A stretch of DNA of 64,000 nt from Candidatus Hodarchaeota archaeon. Its GTDB lineage: Archaea > Asgardarchaeota > Heimdallarchaeia > Hodarchaeales > Hodarchaeaceae. The position numbers and the translations under genes are program-made. Position 1 is the stretch's first letter. Every line of letters starts with the position of its first letter. The notes beneath the pieces are model-generated. The model worked only from the letters and a program-made list of their open reading frames with translations. It made no database searches and was not told the origin of the DNA. Shown here piece by piece: positions 50,202-59,698 of this stretch. The stretch spans positions 32,001 through 96,000 of the forward strand of contig JAEOTM010000032.1 in assembly GCA_016839815.1 (NCBI GenBank), given 5' to 3'.

Positions 50202-50449
50202 CTCTCAACTCGGTGAAATTAATTACATTGTGCATGTAATTACTTTGTGTTACATAAATTAACCAGAGGTTAAATAAAAGTTTATCTAACAAATTTCTTC
50301 GTATGATAGGAATTAAATCTGAATTCAGTCAATCGTGGGGATCCATGCACAGGATACAGATTTTTGCAATTCATATGTATATATAATAACTTATGAAAGG
50401 GATGTGTCCGAAGGCCTGGTGAATACGACCAAGTACAATGATGCGAATT

Positions 50450-50797
50450 TTATAAAACTTTTTTGAGTTTTAGTAAATCCACCATTTTACCCTTGATTTT
50501 TAGATCGCCTGCTGTAAAAGCACTCATGGCCTTAATTTCTTTATTGAGTACTCCGAGCCACGTTTTAGAGTCAGTTATTAATAAAATGTCATACTTCTTT
50601 GATTTATCAATCGGTTCTTCTGTGAGTTCTCCAGGTAAACCAGCTGTTAAAGTGGTCGTCCACGTTTTATTAAACTCTTTAAAAGAAAAAGCAACGGTTT
50701 TGTTCCATTTCTTAAAGCGTTTTTTATTTTCTTCTTTAGAAAGCTTCCCTAGTACTTTATTTATCCCGTTCACTACTTGACCTTCCGTATCAGACAT
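50450..50797 (-). CDS. SCP2 sterol/lipid-carrier domain protein
   Basis: TDSKTW..VL......MSAF.AGDLKIKG..DLLKL SCP2 signature. Confidence 0.85.
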   Translation of the reverse strand: MSDTEGQVVNGINKVLGKLSKEENKKRFKKWNKTVAFSFKEFNKTWTTTLTAGLPGELTEEPIDKSKKYDILLITDSKTWLGVLNKEIKAMSAFTAGDLKIKGKMVDLLKLKKVL

Positions 50798-50880
50798 AAT
50801 TCTACCAACTCATGGGTATTCGTTGAATTCAAGATATGCACTTTTATCTGTATCCAATGTGGGATCTAGAGGAAGTGGAG

Positions 50881-52188
50881 TTACGTGGCTTTGGCAACTT
50901 TTGCTGCAGCTCTAGCTTTCTTTTTTCGCGCTTTTTCACGTTTTAATGCAATGTCAAGTTTATTTTTTCGTGCTTGGAGTCCATAATGAATCCATAATCC
51001 AAACGCTCGATACCAAACGTGAGCGAATTTTCCGAAAGGGGCTAAGATCATTAGCTCCATTATGGTAATTACATGGATAACAAAGAACCAATAACTCCAG
51101 ATTGAGGGGATGGAGGTTAGATAGTATGTCAGTGTGATTAAAAATCCAGTTAACCCAACAAGAAATAGATTTGTTAGAAATAACCAATCACAAGTAAGAC
51201 TATGACTTGCATAACGACTATTTTTCTGTACACGAGACCGCACAGCCATAACTACACCGATCATTAATGAAATCCCACTAAAAATCCCCAATAAACGAAT
51301 AGGGTGCGTAATCTCAACCAATTGATTGGCATCTGGTTTTAAAAACATATTCAAAGTTGTAGCTATACCTAAACCAAAGAAACCCCATAATATAAAGAGA
51401 TGCATTAACCAACGGTTTCTAATAAATTGTGATTTAAATTCTGGACGGTGCGGGGGAAGTGCACACTCAAGCTGCCTGTATTGTAGAAAAACTTCTTTGA
51501 AGATTACTATAAATGCCTGTTTGGTCATGATAAACGGAGAAAATAGTAAATGGTAGGCGGTATTGAGCTTCAGATCATTTCTTCGAGTCTTAAAAGCTGT
51601 TTTTACCCCGTTTCGTAGATTTGAATCATACTCCTTCGAAATTTGCCTATACATATTGAGGATAGATAATCCAATTATAAGGAAAAGTACCCCTGCAATT
51701 GCTATCCCCACAATCTCGACAATTTCTTTCGACACAACGTCAAAAAGCCTAACTGGCCTTCCTTCAACAATTTTTTCAGGATTGCCTAGAAGGTTAAAGA
51801 GCACTATTGCAAAAAGAGCTACAAAACCCATAAGGAAGAACCCACCAAATCGGTTCTGGTTAATAATACGAGATAAACCTGTAACTTCATATTGGCCCAT
51901 CGCCCACCTTCGAGATGCCATTACAAACTCTCCAGGTTCTGCATCACGAGGACATGTATCAGAACAATCGTTACAATATGAACATAACCACATCTGGTCA
52001 CTTCCGAGAATCTTTTCCTTTAATCCTACACTCGCATAACGAATGAGATTTCGTGGAAAAGGATCCGCATCATCGGATAAGGGACAAATTGCTGTGCAAT
52101 TGCCACAATTAAAACATGCACTGACATTAAAATCACTGGTGGAATAATTCTTGATTTCGTCAATTAAATCTGGATCAATAATGGTCAT
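50881..52188 (-). CDS. QmoC-like subunit: 2x[4Fe-4S] HdrC-like domain plus cytochrome b-type membrane domain
   Basis: CFNCGNCTAICP and CSYCNDCSDTCP; TM histidines in RWLMH, VIHV and KFAHVWYR. Confidence 0.85.
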   Translation of the reverse strand: MTIIDPDLIDEIKNYSTSDFNVSACFNCGNCTAICPLSDDADPFPRNLIRYASVGLKEKILGSDQMWLCSYCNDCSDTCPRDAEPGEFVMASRRWAMGQYEVTGLSRIINQNRFGGFFLMGFVALFAIVLFNLLGNPEKIVEGRPVRLFDVVSKEIVEIVGIAIAGVLFLIIGLSILNMYRQISKEYDSNLRNGVKTAFKTRRNDLKLNTAYHLLFSPFIMTKQAFIVIFKEVFLQYRQLECALPPHRPEFKSQFIRNRWLMHLFILWGFFGLGIATTLNMFLKPDANQLVEITHPIRLLGIFSGISLMIGVVMAVRSRVQKNSRYASHSLTCDWLFLTNLFLVGLTGFLITLTYYLTSIPSIWSYWFFVIHVITIMELMILAPFGKFAHVWYRAFGLWIHYGLQARKNKLDIALKREKARKKKARAAAKVAKAT

Positions 52189-52201
52189 TCATTCTCACAT
52201 C

Positions 52202-52480
52202 CTATGAGGGGACTCTCGAAACAAGAGCCCACTTGTGATACTGTCCCTCACGATTAGATGTTTCTACAACAAGACTGTACTTTCTCATACTGGTCAGATA
52301 CCAATGAACGACATGCTTGGGCTGACCAATTTCTTCAGCAATTGCTGGAATAGTCTTTTCTTTTGAAGTATCAACATCACTACCCAGTAAAGCTTTACGT
52401 ATGTGATTCTTAATTACGCTGGCTTCAAGAACGCGATTAAAGCGATTCTGAAGTACATTTAGTGGTTTAGAATTACTCAT
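52202..52480 (-). CDS. Small winged-helix protein inside the hdr/qmo operon
   Basis: TIPAIAEEIG...V.WYL.SMRKYSLV.E; ATGA overlap with the upstream hdrA. Confidence 0.7.
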   Translation of the reverse strand: MSNSKPLNVLQNRFNRVLEASVIKNHIRKALLGSDVDTSKEKTIPAIAEEIGQPKHVVHWYLTSMRKYSLVVETSNREGQYHKWALVSRVPS

Positions 52481-54525
52481 ATGTCAACCTCCTGCACAAA
52501 TCCATCAATCATACCTTCCAAAGCTGCTAATGAATACCCTTGAACATCAATTGCTCCTGGAGTGGGACACACTGCAACACAAGCACCACAACCTTTGCAT
52601 AGTGCAGGATTTACTTGTGCACAAGAAACAATTTCATTATTGATAGTTGTTTCAACCATTTGTATTGCATCAAGATATTCACATTCATTTACACATAGAC
52701 CTGTCCCTGTACAAATCTCGGGTTTTACTTTAGCCACATAGGGTTCGAGTTCTGTAAATTCCTTACCCAAAATAATAGATGCTTTGGAAGCTGCGGCAAG
52801 TGCTGCGGAAGTTGCTTCTGTAATATCAAAAGGTGCTTGAGCGGTGCCCGCTAGCATAATACCACTGTTAGCCACCTCAACAGGCCGTAATTTCGGATGT
52901 ACTTCCAGAAGAAAACGATCAGCTCCAATAGGAAGATTGAGCTGTTCGGTTAGATTTTTTTGATCTTTCGCTACCATTCCTACTGCAAGAACAACTAAAT
53001 CAACAGGAATCTCAATTTCTTCTCCGTAAGTTAAATCGTCCTTTACTTTCATATGGAGACGGTGCCCTTCTTCAGGTTTATAAACAGATGGTAAATCATT
53101 GGAAGTATATTTAAGAAAAATAGCTCCAGACTTGGAAGCAACCTCATAATAATCTTCTTCATGAAAACGACCATAAGTTCGCATATCACGATAAAGATTA
53201 TACGTTTTTACGTGAGGAAAACGTTCTTTAAGTTCATTAACGGATTGAAGACTAGCAGTGCAACATACGCGAGAACAATACTCGTTCAGTTCCCCATTGC
53301 AATTCTGACCAGGTTTAAAGTTCTTTCCAGCTTGTCTACTTCCCACACAGTGAATGAATCCAACCGATTTGATTGGATGTCCATCCCACTCTAATTTCTC
53401 TTCAAATTCTCCGCTAGGGGCTGTCATTCGGATGAATTGGGGTAATGTGATTACATTTGGATATTCATTCCATCCATATTCCCCTTCAAATGGAATATAT
53501 GTATCAAAACCAGTGGCTAATATTATTACTCCTACGGTGATATCAGTAAATGTAGGATCAGCGGCTACTTGAAATCGATTTGAATCATCAAGAGCTGCTT
53601 TACATTCTCCACAACTCGTACATGAATTCCAATCAATTGCGGGAGCTTGAGGATAATGACCTGGATGTGGACGGAGAATTGCTTTTTGATCATACTCTCC
53701 GTTGGGGGTAAGTTCCCCATCAACAACTACAGGACAAGCATTCATTGCTATCCGAAGTTCTGCATCACTAATATGACCAACAATTCCTCGTGAAACATGT
53801 CTTTTCAGAGATAATTCAAAATTACCAATATAACCTTTAGCTTTATCAATTTGAGTATTTATATAAACAGTAATTAATGGATGCTTAATAACCTCACTAA
53901 TCAGAAGAGCTAAAGATTCACAGGCAACCTCATTTGTAGGAAAAATTCTATCTAATGATGCCATACGACCTCCTAAATAGGGAGATCTTTCTATTAATTC
54001 CACAGCAAGACCAGAATCAGCTAGGTCTTTAGCTGCACGTAAACCAGAGACACCACCTCCAACAACAAGGACTCTTTTCGTTGTTTGAATCTTTATAGTT
54101 TCTAGTGGATCAAAATTAACTGCTTTATTGACTGCAGCACGAATCAGAGAGATGGCCTTTTCGGTTGCTTTCTCAGGAGTGTGAGGATGAGCCCACGAAA
54201 CTTGTTCTCGGATATTGGCGTGTTCATAGAGAAATACATTCATTCCACCACGATCAGTAGCTCCTCGAAAGGTTGTTTCATGTAGTTTAGGGCTGCAAGA
54301 TGCTACTACAACTCTATCTATTATACCATCTTGGATATCTTTTTCAATAAGTTCTTGTCCTGTTTTAGAACACATAAACATATTACGACGGGATACAACA
54401 ACTTTGGGGTCCTCCTCTAGAGCGTTACGAACCGTTTCTACATTTACAACATCACTTATATTTCCACCACAGTGACAAATATAGACTCCTGCCCGCGGAA
54501 AGTCATTTTTTTCTTCATTGGTCAT
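52477..54525 (-). CDS. hdrA: HdrA-family flavoprotein (large, QmoB-like)
   Basis: GVYICHCGGNI, MCS, ASCSP.LHE.TF, GGGVSG, HCVGSR, YCSRVCC and a C-terminal ferredoxin CKGCGACVAVCP. Confidence 0.9.
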   Translation of the reverse strand: MTNEEKNDFPRAGVYICHCGGNISDVVNVETVRNALEEDPKVVVSRRNMFMCSKTGQELIEKDIQDGIIDRVVVASCSPKLHETTFRGATDRGGMNVFLYEHANIREQVSWAHPHTPEKATEKAISLIRAAVNKAVNFDPLETIKIQTTKRVLVVGGGVSGLRAAKDLADSGLAVELIERSPYLGGRMASLDRIFPTNEVACESLALLISEVIKHPLITVYINTQIDKAKGYIGNFELSLKRHVSRGIVGHISDAELRIAMNACPVVVDGELTPNGEYDQKAILRPHPGHYPQAPAIDWNSCTSCGECKAALDDSNRFQVAADPTFTDITVGVIILATGFDTYIPFEGEYGWNEYPNVITLPQFIRMTAPSGEFEEKLEWDGHPIKSVGFIHCVGSRQAGKNFKPGQNCNGELNEYCSRVCCTASLQSVNELKERFPHVKTYNLYRDMRTYGRFHEEDYYEVASKSGAIFLKYTSNDLPSVYKPEEGHRLHMKVKDDLTYGEEIEIPVDLVVLAVGMVAKDQKNLTEQLNLPIGADRFLLEVHPKLRPVEVANSGIMLAGTAQAPFDITEATSAALAAASKASIILGKEFTELEPYVAKVKPEICTGTGLCVNECEYLDAIQMVETTINNEIVSCAQVNPALCKGCGACVAVCPTPGAIDVQGYSLAALEGMIDGFVQEVDI

Positions 54526-54527
54526 AT

Positions 54528-55928
54528 TTAGCTCTCCGAATTAGCCTCTTCGGCCGTAACAGGAACAATAGTGGATTCCAAAGATGAAAATTCAGTTCGT
54601 TCTTTGTGTTTAGCTTTTAGAAATTTTACAACCTTCATGCTAGCTGCGGAACCCTCTACAATTGTATCAACAATATCTTTGGGGCCCATAGCAGTTCCAG
54701 CACCAAATACACCTTCCAAACTGGTCAAAACAGGATTAAGTTTAAGGTCGACAGCTTCAATAAATCCATCTTTATCAACCTCAACTGGAAAATGACTCGT
54801 AGCACACGAGGCTTGGGTTAATCCCAGACTTAACACTACCATGTCATACTCTTCTTTTGATTTACCACCATTACTACCAATATTTTCGATAGAAAGAATC
54901 AAATTATTAGTTTCAGGATCCTCTTGAATATCTCCAACCTTACCTTTGATAAATTCAACACCCATAGCTTTGGCATTCTCAAAAAATTGCTCGTAACCCT
55001 TACCAAATGCGCGAATATCCATGTAATAACAAGTAACTTGTACAATCGGCAACGCACCAGTAATCAGGATCGCCTGTTTTATTGTATACATGCAACAAAC
55101 TCGACTGCAGTAAGTACGATCTAATGAAGCATCACGGGAACCAGCACAATGAATGTATGCAATATGCATTGGAACTCGACCATCTGATGGACGACGAATT
55201 CCACCGTAAGGCCCATTCGGGGCAAGAAGTCGCTCAGCAGTCATTGAAGAAATAACATTTTGAAATTCGCCACCACCCCACTCTTTCTTTTCACCCACAG
55301 GGGTTAGCTCAAATCCAGTAGCTAATACAACTGACTCAGCTTCTACCTGAACCTGTTCATCTTTTTGAAAATAATCAACCGCGTCTGCTGGGCAAATTCG
55401 AGAACAACCAAGACAAGCAATACAATGTTGCATATCGATTAACGCTACTTGGGGAAGAGCAGTTTGGAATGGAATGTAAATTGCCTTCCGTGTTCCAATA
55501 CCCATTTCAAATTCGGAGGGAACATCGACTGGACACTGAAATTCGCACTGACGACAACCTGTACACTTTTCAACATCTATAAAGCGAGCTTTCTTTTTGA
55601 TATCAACTACAAAATTACCTTTTTCATTTTTATGATACCCAGTCACTTCCGAATATGTCCAAGAATCGATCTTCTTGTGGTGGGAAGTGCTACTCATCTT
55701 GGGAGTGGTAATACAACTCGCGCAATCAAGAGTAGGAAACACTTTTGAAAGTTGGATCATTTTACCGCCGATACTGGGTTCTTTATCCACCACAAGCACA
55801 TCATAATCTTGATCCGCAAGATCTAATGCCGTTTGTAAACCAGCAATTCCCCCACCTATAACTAAAGTAGAATAGATTGTCTCTTCTTCGTCTTTAATCA
55901 TCACTAGTTCCTCCATGGGTTTACCCAT
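54528..55928 (-). CDS. hdrA: HdrA-family flavoprotein (short, QmoA-like)
   Basis: GGGIAG, KVFPTLDCASCI, two CxxCxxCxxxCP motifs, HCAGSRD, YCSRVCC and GPKDI. Confidence 0.9.
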   Translation of the reverse strand: MGKPMEELVMIKDEEETIYSTLVIGGGIAGLQTALDLADQDYDVLVVDKEPSIGGKMIQLSKVFPTLDCASCITTPKMSSTSHHKKIDSWTYSEVTGYHKNEKGNFVVDIKKKARFIDVEKCTGCRQCEFQCPVDVPSEFEMGIGTRKAIYIPFQTALPQVALIDMQHCIACLGCSRICPADAVDYFQKDEQVQVEAESVVLATGFELTPVGEKKEWGGGEFQNVISSMTAERLLAPNGPYGGIRRPSDGRVPMHIAYIHCAGSRDASLDRTYCSRVCCMYTIKQAILITGALPIVQVTCYYMDIRAFGKGYEQFFENAKAMGVEFIKGKVGDIQEDPETNNLILSIENIGSNGGKSKEEYDMVVLSLGLTQASCATSHFPVEVDKDGFIEAVDLKLNPVLTSLEGVFGAGTAMGPKDIVDTIVEGSAASMKVVKFLKAKHKERTEFSSLESTIVPVTAEEANSES

Positions 55929-56397
55929 TCGCTTCTACTGCTACAGACGAAGGTGATTTATTCAAAATGTCTTTAGCAGGTTGAAGACTCCGTAAATACT
56001 CATCCATTTCCTTGATTTCCTTTACAACATGTTTTGCACAAACAGTACATATTGCAGTCAATTTTAAACGCTTAGATTCTAAACCGTACTCATGCTTCAT
56101 TCGTTTCATCACTTTGTTAACTCGTAAGCTAAGACGCTTGAATGCACCAGAATAAGGACATTCCTCACCACAGGACATGATGATTATACCATCAATTCCC
56201 TTACGAAAAGAATCAATATAGAATTCTTCAGGAAAAATGACCGGAGAGGGAACGCGCATTACATATGAATTTGGCGGATACTCCAAATGTTGTTGTCCTG
56301 CATTATCCACCCCAGGATATGAACACATGATTGTAGTCAAAACAAGGATTTTTGGAGTATATTCAACTGTCGCAGACATGGAACGTTTTCCAACCAA
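55921..56397 (-). CDS. MvhD/FlpD-like [2Fe-2S] subunit (variant)
   Basis: KILVL...CSYPG.D.AG..HLEYP, GIDGI...C..ECPY, G....RL and ICTVC. Confidence 0.8.
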   Translation of the reverse strand: MVGKRSMSATVEYTPKILVLTTIMCSYPGVDNAGQQHLEYPPNSYVMRVPSPVIFPEEFYIDSFRKGIDGIIIMSCGEECPYSGAFKRLSLRVNKVMKRMKHEYGLESKRLKLTAICTVCAKHVVKEIKEMDEYLRSLQPAKDILNKSPSSVAVEANG

Positions 56398-56413
56398 AAA
56401 GAATTTATTAAAA

Positions 56414-56692
56414 TTATTTCTTCCTGATCACGTAAAAACGATCGTATCCATCATCTTCTACGAAACCAAGATACTGATGTTTGGCAAAATTAGCCCATGC
56501 AGGGATATCTTCACGTGTACCGGGGTCGGAAGACCAAATTTCCAAAACTTCATCAATATCTACTTTACCGACTGCTTTCTTGGTTTCAAGTAGTGGGCCA
56601 GGACAAGCAGATCCACGTGCATCTACAATATGATCTGATTCTTCAGGGACTTCATTACCCAAATCTGTTTCTTCACTCATTTTTTTAACCAC
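56414..56692 (-). CDS. tusA: TusA family sulfur carrier
   Basis: DARGSACPGP and SDPG...DIPAW motifs. Confidence 0.92.
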   Translation of the reverse strand: MVKKMSEETDLGNEVPEESDHIVDARGSACPGPLLETKKAVGKVDIDEVLEIWSSDPGTREDIPAWANFAKHQYLGFVEDDGYDRFYVIRKK

Positions 56693-56941
56693 TTTTTTAC
56701 TAATTAGTTTTATCTACAGATAACTTTTCAAGAGGATATTTAACGATTGGTTTAACAATTGTAAATTATGATATGAAATGCTATAACATATATAAATATG
56801 AATAACAAAAATACTCATTTAATTTATATAGCATAGATCAAAATGTAGAAAACCATATAAACTTTTTACGAAAAAGAGATTTTTGAAAAGCTTCGATCAC
56901 AAAAATTCGCTTAAATCAAGTTTACAAGTGGAAGATCTAGA

Positions 56942-57478
56942 ATGTTTAGTCGTGATCAAATTAAACGGTTGTTTGAACTCAGTAAAGACCAAATTGTAGA
57001 CGAAACCGATTTCTACATCGTTTGTCTATTAGAACATCATGGAGAAAAAAAAGTACCAGAAATCGTTGAAGCTCTAGAGGAAGAGGGAATCCACCTAAAA
57101 CCTGTTTCTGTCACCCGTCGCATTAAACGTTTAAAAGAAAAAGGTGTATTAGTAAAGATGGTTCCTTTAAGCCGTCTTTGGAAACTTGGATTCTCCCGAG
57201 ATCTACTTCTTATGATTCAAACTGAACCTGGTAGAGATATTGACAAAATAATTGATCAAATAACTCCTATTGAAGGAGTGAAGCGGTTATATCAGATTTT
57301 TGGTGAATATGACTTGCTAGTAGAATTATGTTGTCTAGGAGATGAAGGACTGCAGGAAAGTCTCGCAGCTATTAATTGTGTACCTGGTTTGTCTCGAATA
57401 TCGAAATCTCCTATTCAACATCGAATCAAAGAACATTACTACAATCTACAAGAAAATAAGGAAGAACTAACAGTCTAG
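56942..57478 (+). CDS. Lrp/AsnC family transcriptional regulator
   Basis: D.TD..I, V.RRIKRLKEKGV and RAM-domain GEYDL; divergent from the tusA-hdr operon. Confidence 0.85.
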   Translation: MFSRDQIKRLFELSKDQIVDETDFYIVCLLEHHGEKKVPEIVEALEEEGIHLKPVSVTRRIKRLKEKGVLVKMVPLSRLWKLGFSRDLLLMIQTEPGRDIDKIIDQITPIEGVKRLYQIFGEYDLLVELCCLGDEGLQESLAAINCVPGLSRISKSPIQHRIKEHYYNLQENKEELTV

Positions 57479-57561
57479 GGGTTGGTAAATTCTAATTACT
57501 TCATCGAAAAACAACTCCAGAAAAATCCCCCTAGTATCAAAAAAGGAAAGTTGAAAAAAAA

Positions 57562-57918
57562 ATGGTAAAATTCGTAATTGTCTCCACTCATGGAAATGAC
57601 AACTTTGAACGAGCAAGTATGGCTTGGGCAGTAGCAAACGCTGCACATGTGTTAGATGCAGAGGTTATGATGTTTTTACAAGCTGAAGGCGTTAATGTAG
57701 TCCGAAAGGATTTCTGTAAAGGTTGGGTATTCCCTCCATTCACTCCTCTCGAGGATTTGATTAAAAATTTCATGGAAATGGGTGGTCAGGTATATGCATG
57801 TGTTCCTTGTGTTGAAGCCAGGGAGATTAAACAGGAAGATTATATTGAAGGTGTAAAGCTCGCTGGTGCTACTAAACTTCTGGCTGAGTCAGTGGATGCC
57901 AAAGTCTTCACCTACTAA
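57562..57918 (+). CDS. DsrE family sulfur-relay protein
   Basis: FLQAEGV and YACVPCVEAR motifs. Confidence 0.88.
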   Translation: MVKFVIVSTHGNDNFERASMAWAVANAAHVLDAEVMMFLQAEGVNVVRKDFCKGWVFPPFTPLEDLIKNFMEMGGQVYACVPCVEAREIKQEDYIEGVKLAGATKLLAESVDAKVFTY

Positions 57919-57928
57919 ACAACACTCA

Positions 57929-59047
57929 CTAGACTTCATCTAATAGCGTTTTTGTAAAATCCACGAAACTTCCATTGTCCTGGATGTGTTCCATTTCCTT
58001 ACTCTGGAGAACTGGATCCCAGTTCTTCCATCCTCTATTTTGTGCTTCTCTGAGATTTCGTAATGCTTTGTCTACCTCATACTGAGTAGCATAGGATCGA
58101 GCAGCCAATACATAAACCCATATAGGAACTTTACCTAGTTTAAAAGCTCGCTCAAAATCCTCTATTGCTTTTCCATACTGACTCTGATAGAAATATCTCA
58201 TTCCTTTCTCTGCATAGTGTTCTGCCTCATCAAACATGCATATATAGTGAACATAATCACGTTCTTTCGTAAAACCTACTTTTTCTGCAACAGCTATTGA
58301 ACCATAATTGAGATTATCACAATGCCAGCCTACTGTTTTAAACCCTATAGATAGACAATGATCAATAGTTGCTGCCGCGGTAAGTGCCCCTAAACCTTTC
58401 ATTCGATAAGATGCTGTTGTGATTATTCCGATTTCACATTCATCCCCACTCTCACAATCAGCATTAATCCAGACAACCACTTTATTTCTGTGAACTAAAC
58501 ACTTTCCAAAGCCCATTCTAACTTGATCTTCCAAATTTGATTCAATCCACTCTTGAATGTCATCAGGAAATTCAAAGGATTCGGTAGCAAAAGTTGAATC
58601 AATTTGATGAAGATCATAGCCGTTAGGGATTTTGTTTTTCCATTCAAGTGAAATTTTGTTGCAGGAAAAGTGAATCCGATGAGAGGGGAGAGGAGTTCTA
58701 ATATCAAATATCTCTGGGAAAGTTTTTCTCCATTCATCGCTGTCTATATGAAAGAAAAGGTATGAAAGAAAGTTTGGATTGACAGGAGAGTAAAACTGTT
58801 TTTTTAGAATCATATCTTGAATTAAGACCTTAAGTCCCTGATTAAACTCCTCATTATGTGAATTTCCAGCCAGAAACCAACCCTCGGTTGAAGCCATGAA
58901 GCCACTCGTAGGATTATCACTATCATTGACCCAAATTTTCCCCTGGGAAGGCCCTTCGATTACAGCTCTAACTACTACTTGATAATCAAATCCCTTGAAT
59001 AAAACTCTTGTATTAGGGTAAAACTGTCTTTTCAGTTCGTGGAATAT
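57929..59047 (-). CDS. GNAT acetyltransferase with C-terminal TPR (track start 58897; likely true start ATA at 59047)
   Basis: EIGI.T..YR.KGLG, W.C...N.GS..VAEK.GF and a TPR-like tail. The frame is open for 50 more codons up to an ATA behind AAGGTG. Confidence 0.8.
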   Translation of the reverse strand: MFHELKRQFYPNTRVLFKGFDYQVVVRAVIEGPSQGKIWVNDSDNPTSGFMASTEGWFLAGNSHNEEFNQGLKVLIQDMILKKQFYSPVNPNFLSYLFFHIDSDEWRKTFPEIFDIRTPLPSHRIHFSCNKISLEWKNKIPNGYDLHQIDSTFATESFEFPDDIQEWIESNLEDQVRMGFGKCLVHRNKVVVWINADCESGDECEIGIITTASYRMKGLGALTAAATIDHCLSIGFKTVGWHCDNLNYGSIAVAEKVGFTKERDYVHYICMFDEAEHYAEKGMRYFYQSQYGKAIEDFERAFKLGKVPIWVYVLAARSYATQYEVDKALRNLREAQNRGWKNWDPVLQSKEMEHIQDNGSFVDFTKTLLDEV

Positions 59048-59290
59048 GGTACAACACCTTTAGAAGTTAATTTTCGTATCTCTTCTAAAATGAATTTATA
59101 AAACTATGTCATACGGCAAGAACTCATTTACAGAAGACTTATAAGATTATTCAACTAGTTTCTAGCAACAGTTTGTAGTACAGACCGTTAAGATATTATT
59201 AAAAATGAAAAAAGGAGGAGATCATCTATCCTGATCAATGAGATTATTGCTTTGCTTCAGCTTGTATCTGAGAAATAACACCGCTTGTAA

Positions 59291-59698
59291 TTAGCTATAA
59301 CAATACGTGCCCAACAGTAGTAATGCTTGAACACCAGCCAATGAGAGATGTCCAATGATATCGTTCAATGGTAAAAATTGTGCTACAAATAACACCCAAA
59401 ATATTCCCAAAATTAACCCTATTTTTATGAATACACCTTGATTGAGAATTAAGTATCCCATTACTACTTCTAATACCACAATTAAGAGTATGACTAACTT
59501 TTCATTGGGAATAATGAGTTTTTCTAAAAATTCTCTTTGGATCGGAAGACGTGTATTTTCTAAGCAAACGGCCCATAAATATTCGGTATTATTGATTGTA
59601 TGAAACAAATTAAAAACTGCTGAAATTAAGTAAAACAATCCTAATAGAACCCGACTCACAGTTAATATAGTTACGATTTCACCTTCAAACAAGGACAA
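59291..59698 (-). CDS. Small DoxX-like membrane protein
   Basis: RVLLGLFY...E...G hydrophobic helices. Confidence 0.55.
   Translation of the reverse strand: MSLFEGEIVTILTVSRVLLGLFYLISAVFNLFHTINNTEYLWAVCLENTRLPIQREFLEKLIIPNEKLVILLIVVLEVVMGYLILNQGVFIKIGLILGIFWVLFVAQFLPLNDIIGHLSLAGVQALLLLGTYCYS

Noticed and set aside
50330-50449. Slightly GC-richer intergenic stretch as a possible ncRNA
   Set aside because: I could not fit a tRNA, C/D box or riboswitch structure; an Infernal/Rfam search would be needed.
50881-56397. Selenocysteine recoding in HdrA or MvhD
   Set aside because: These ORFs are full length with no in-frame TGA at Cys positions.
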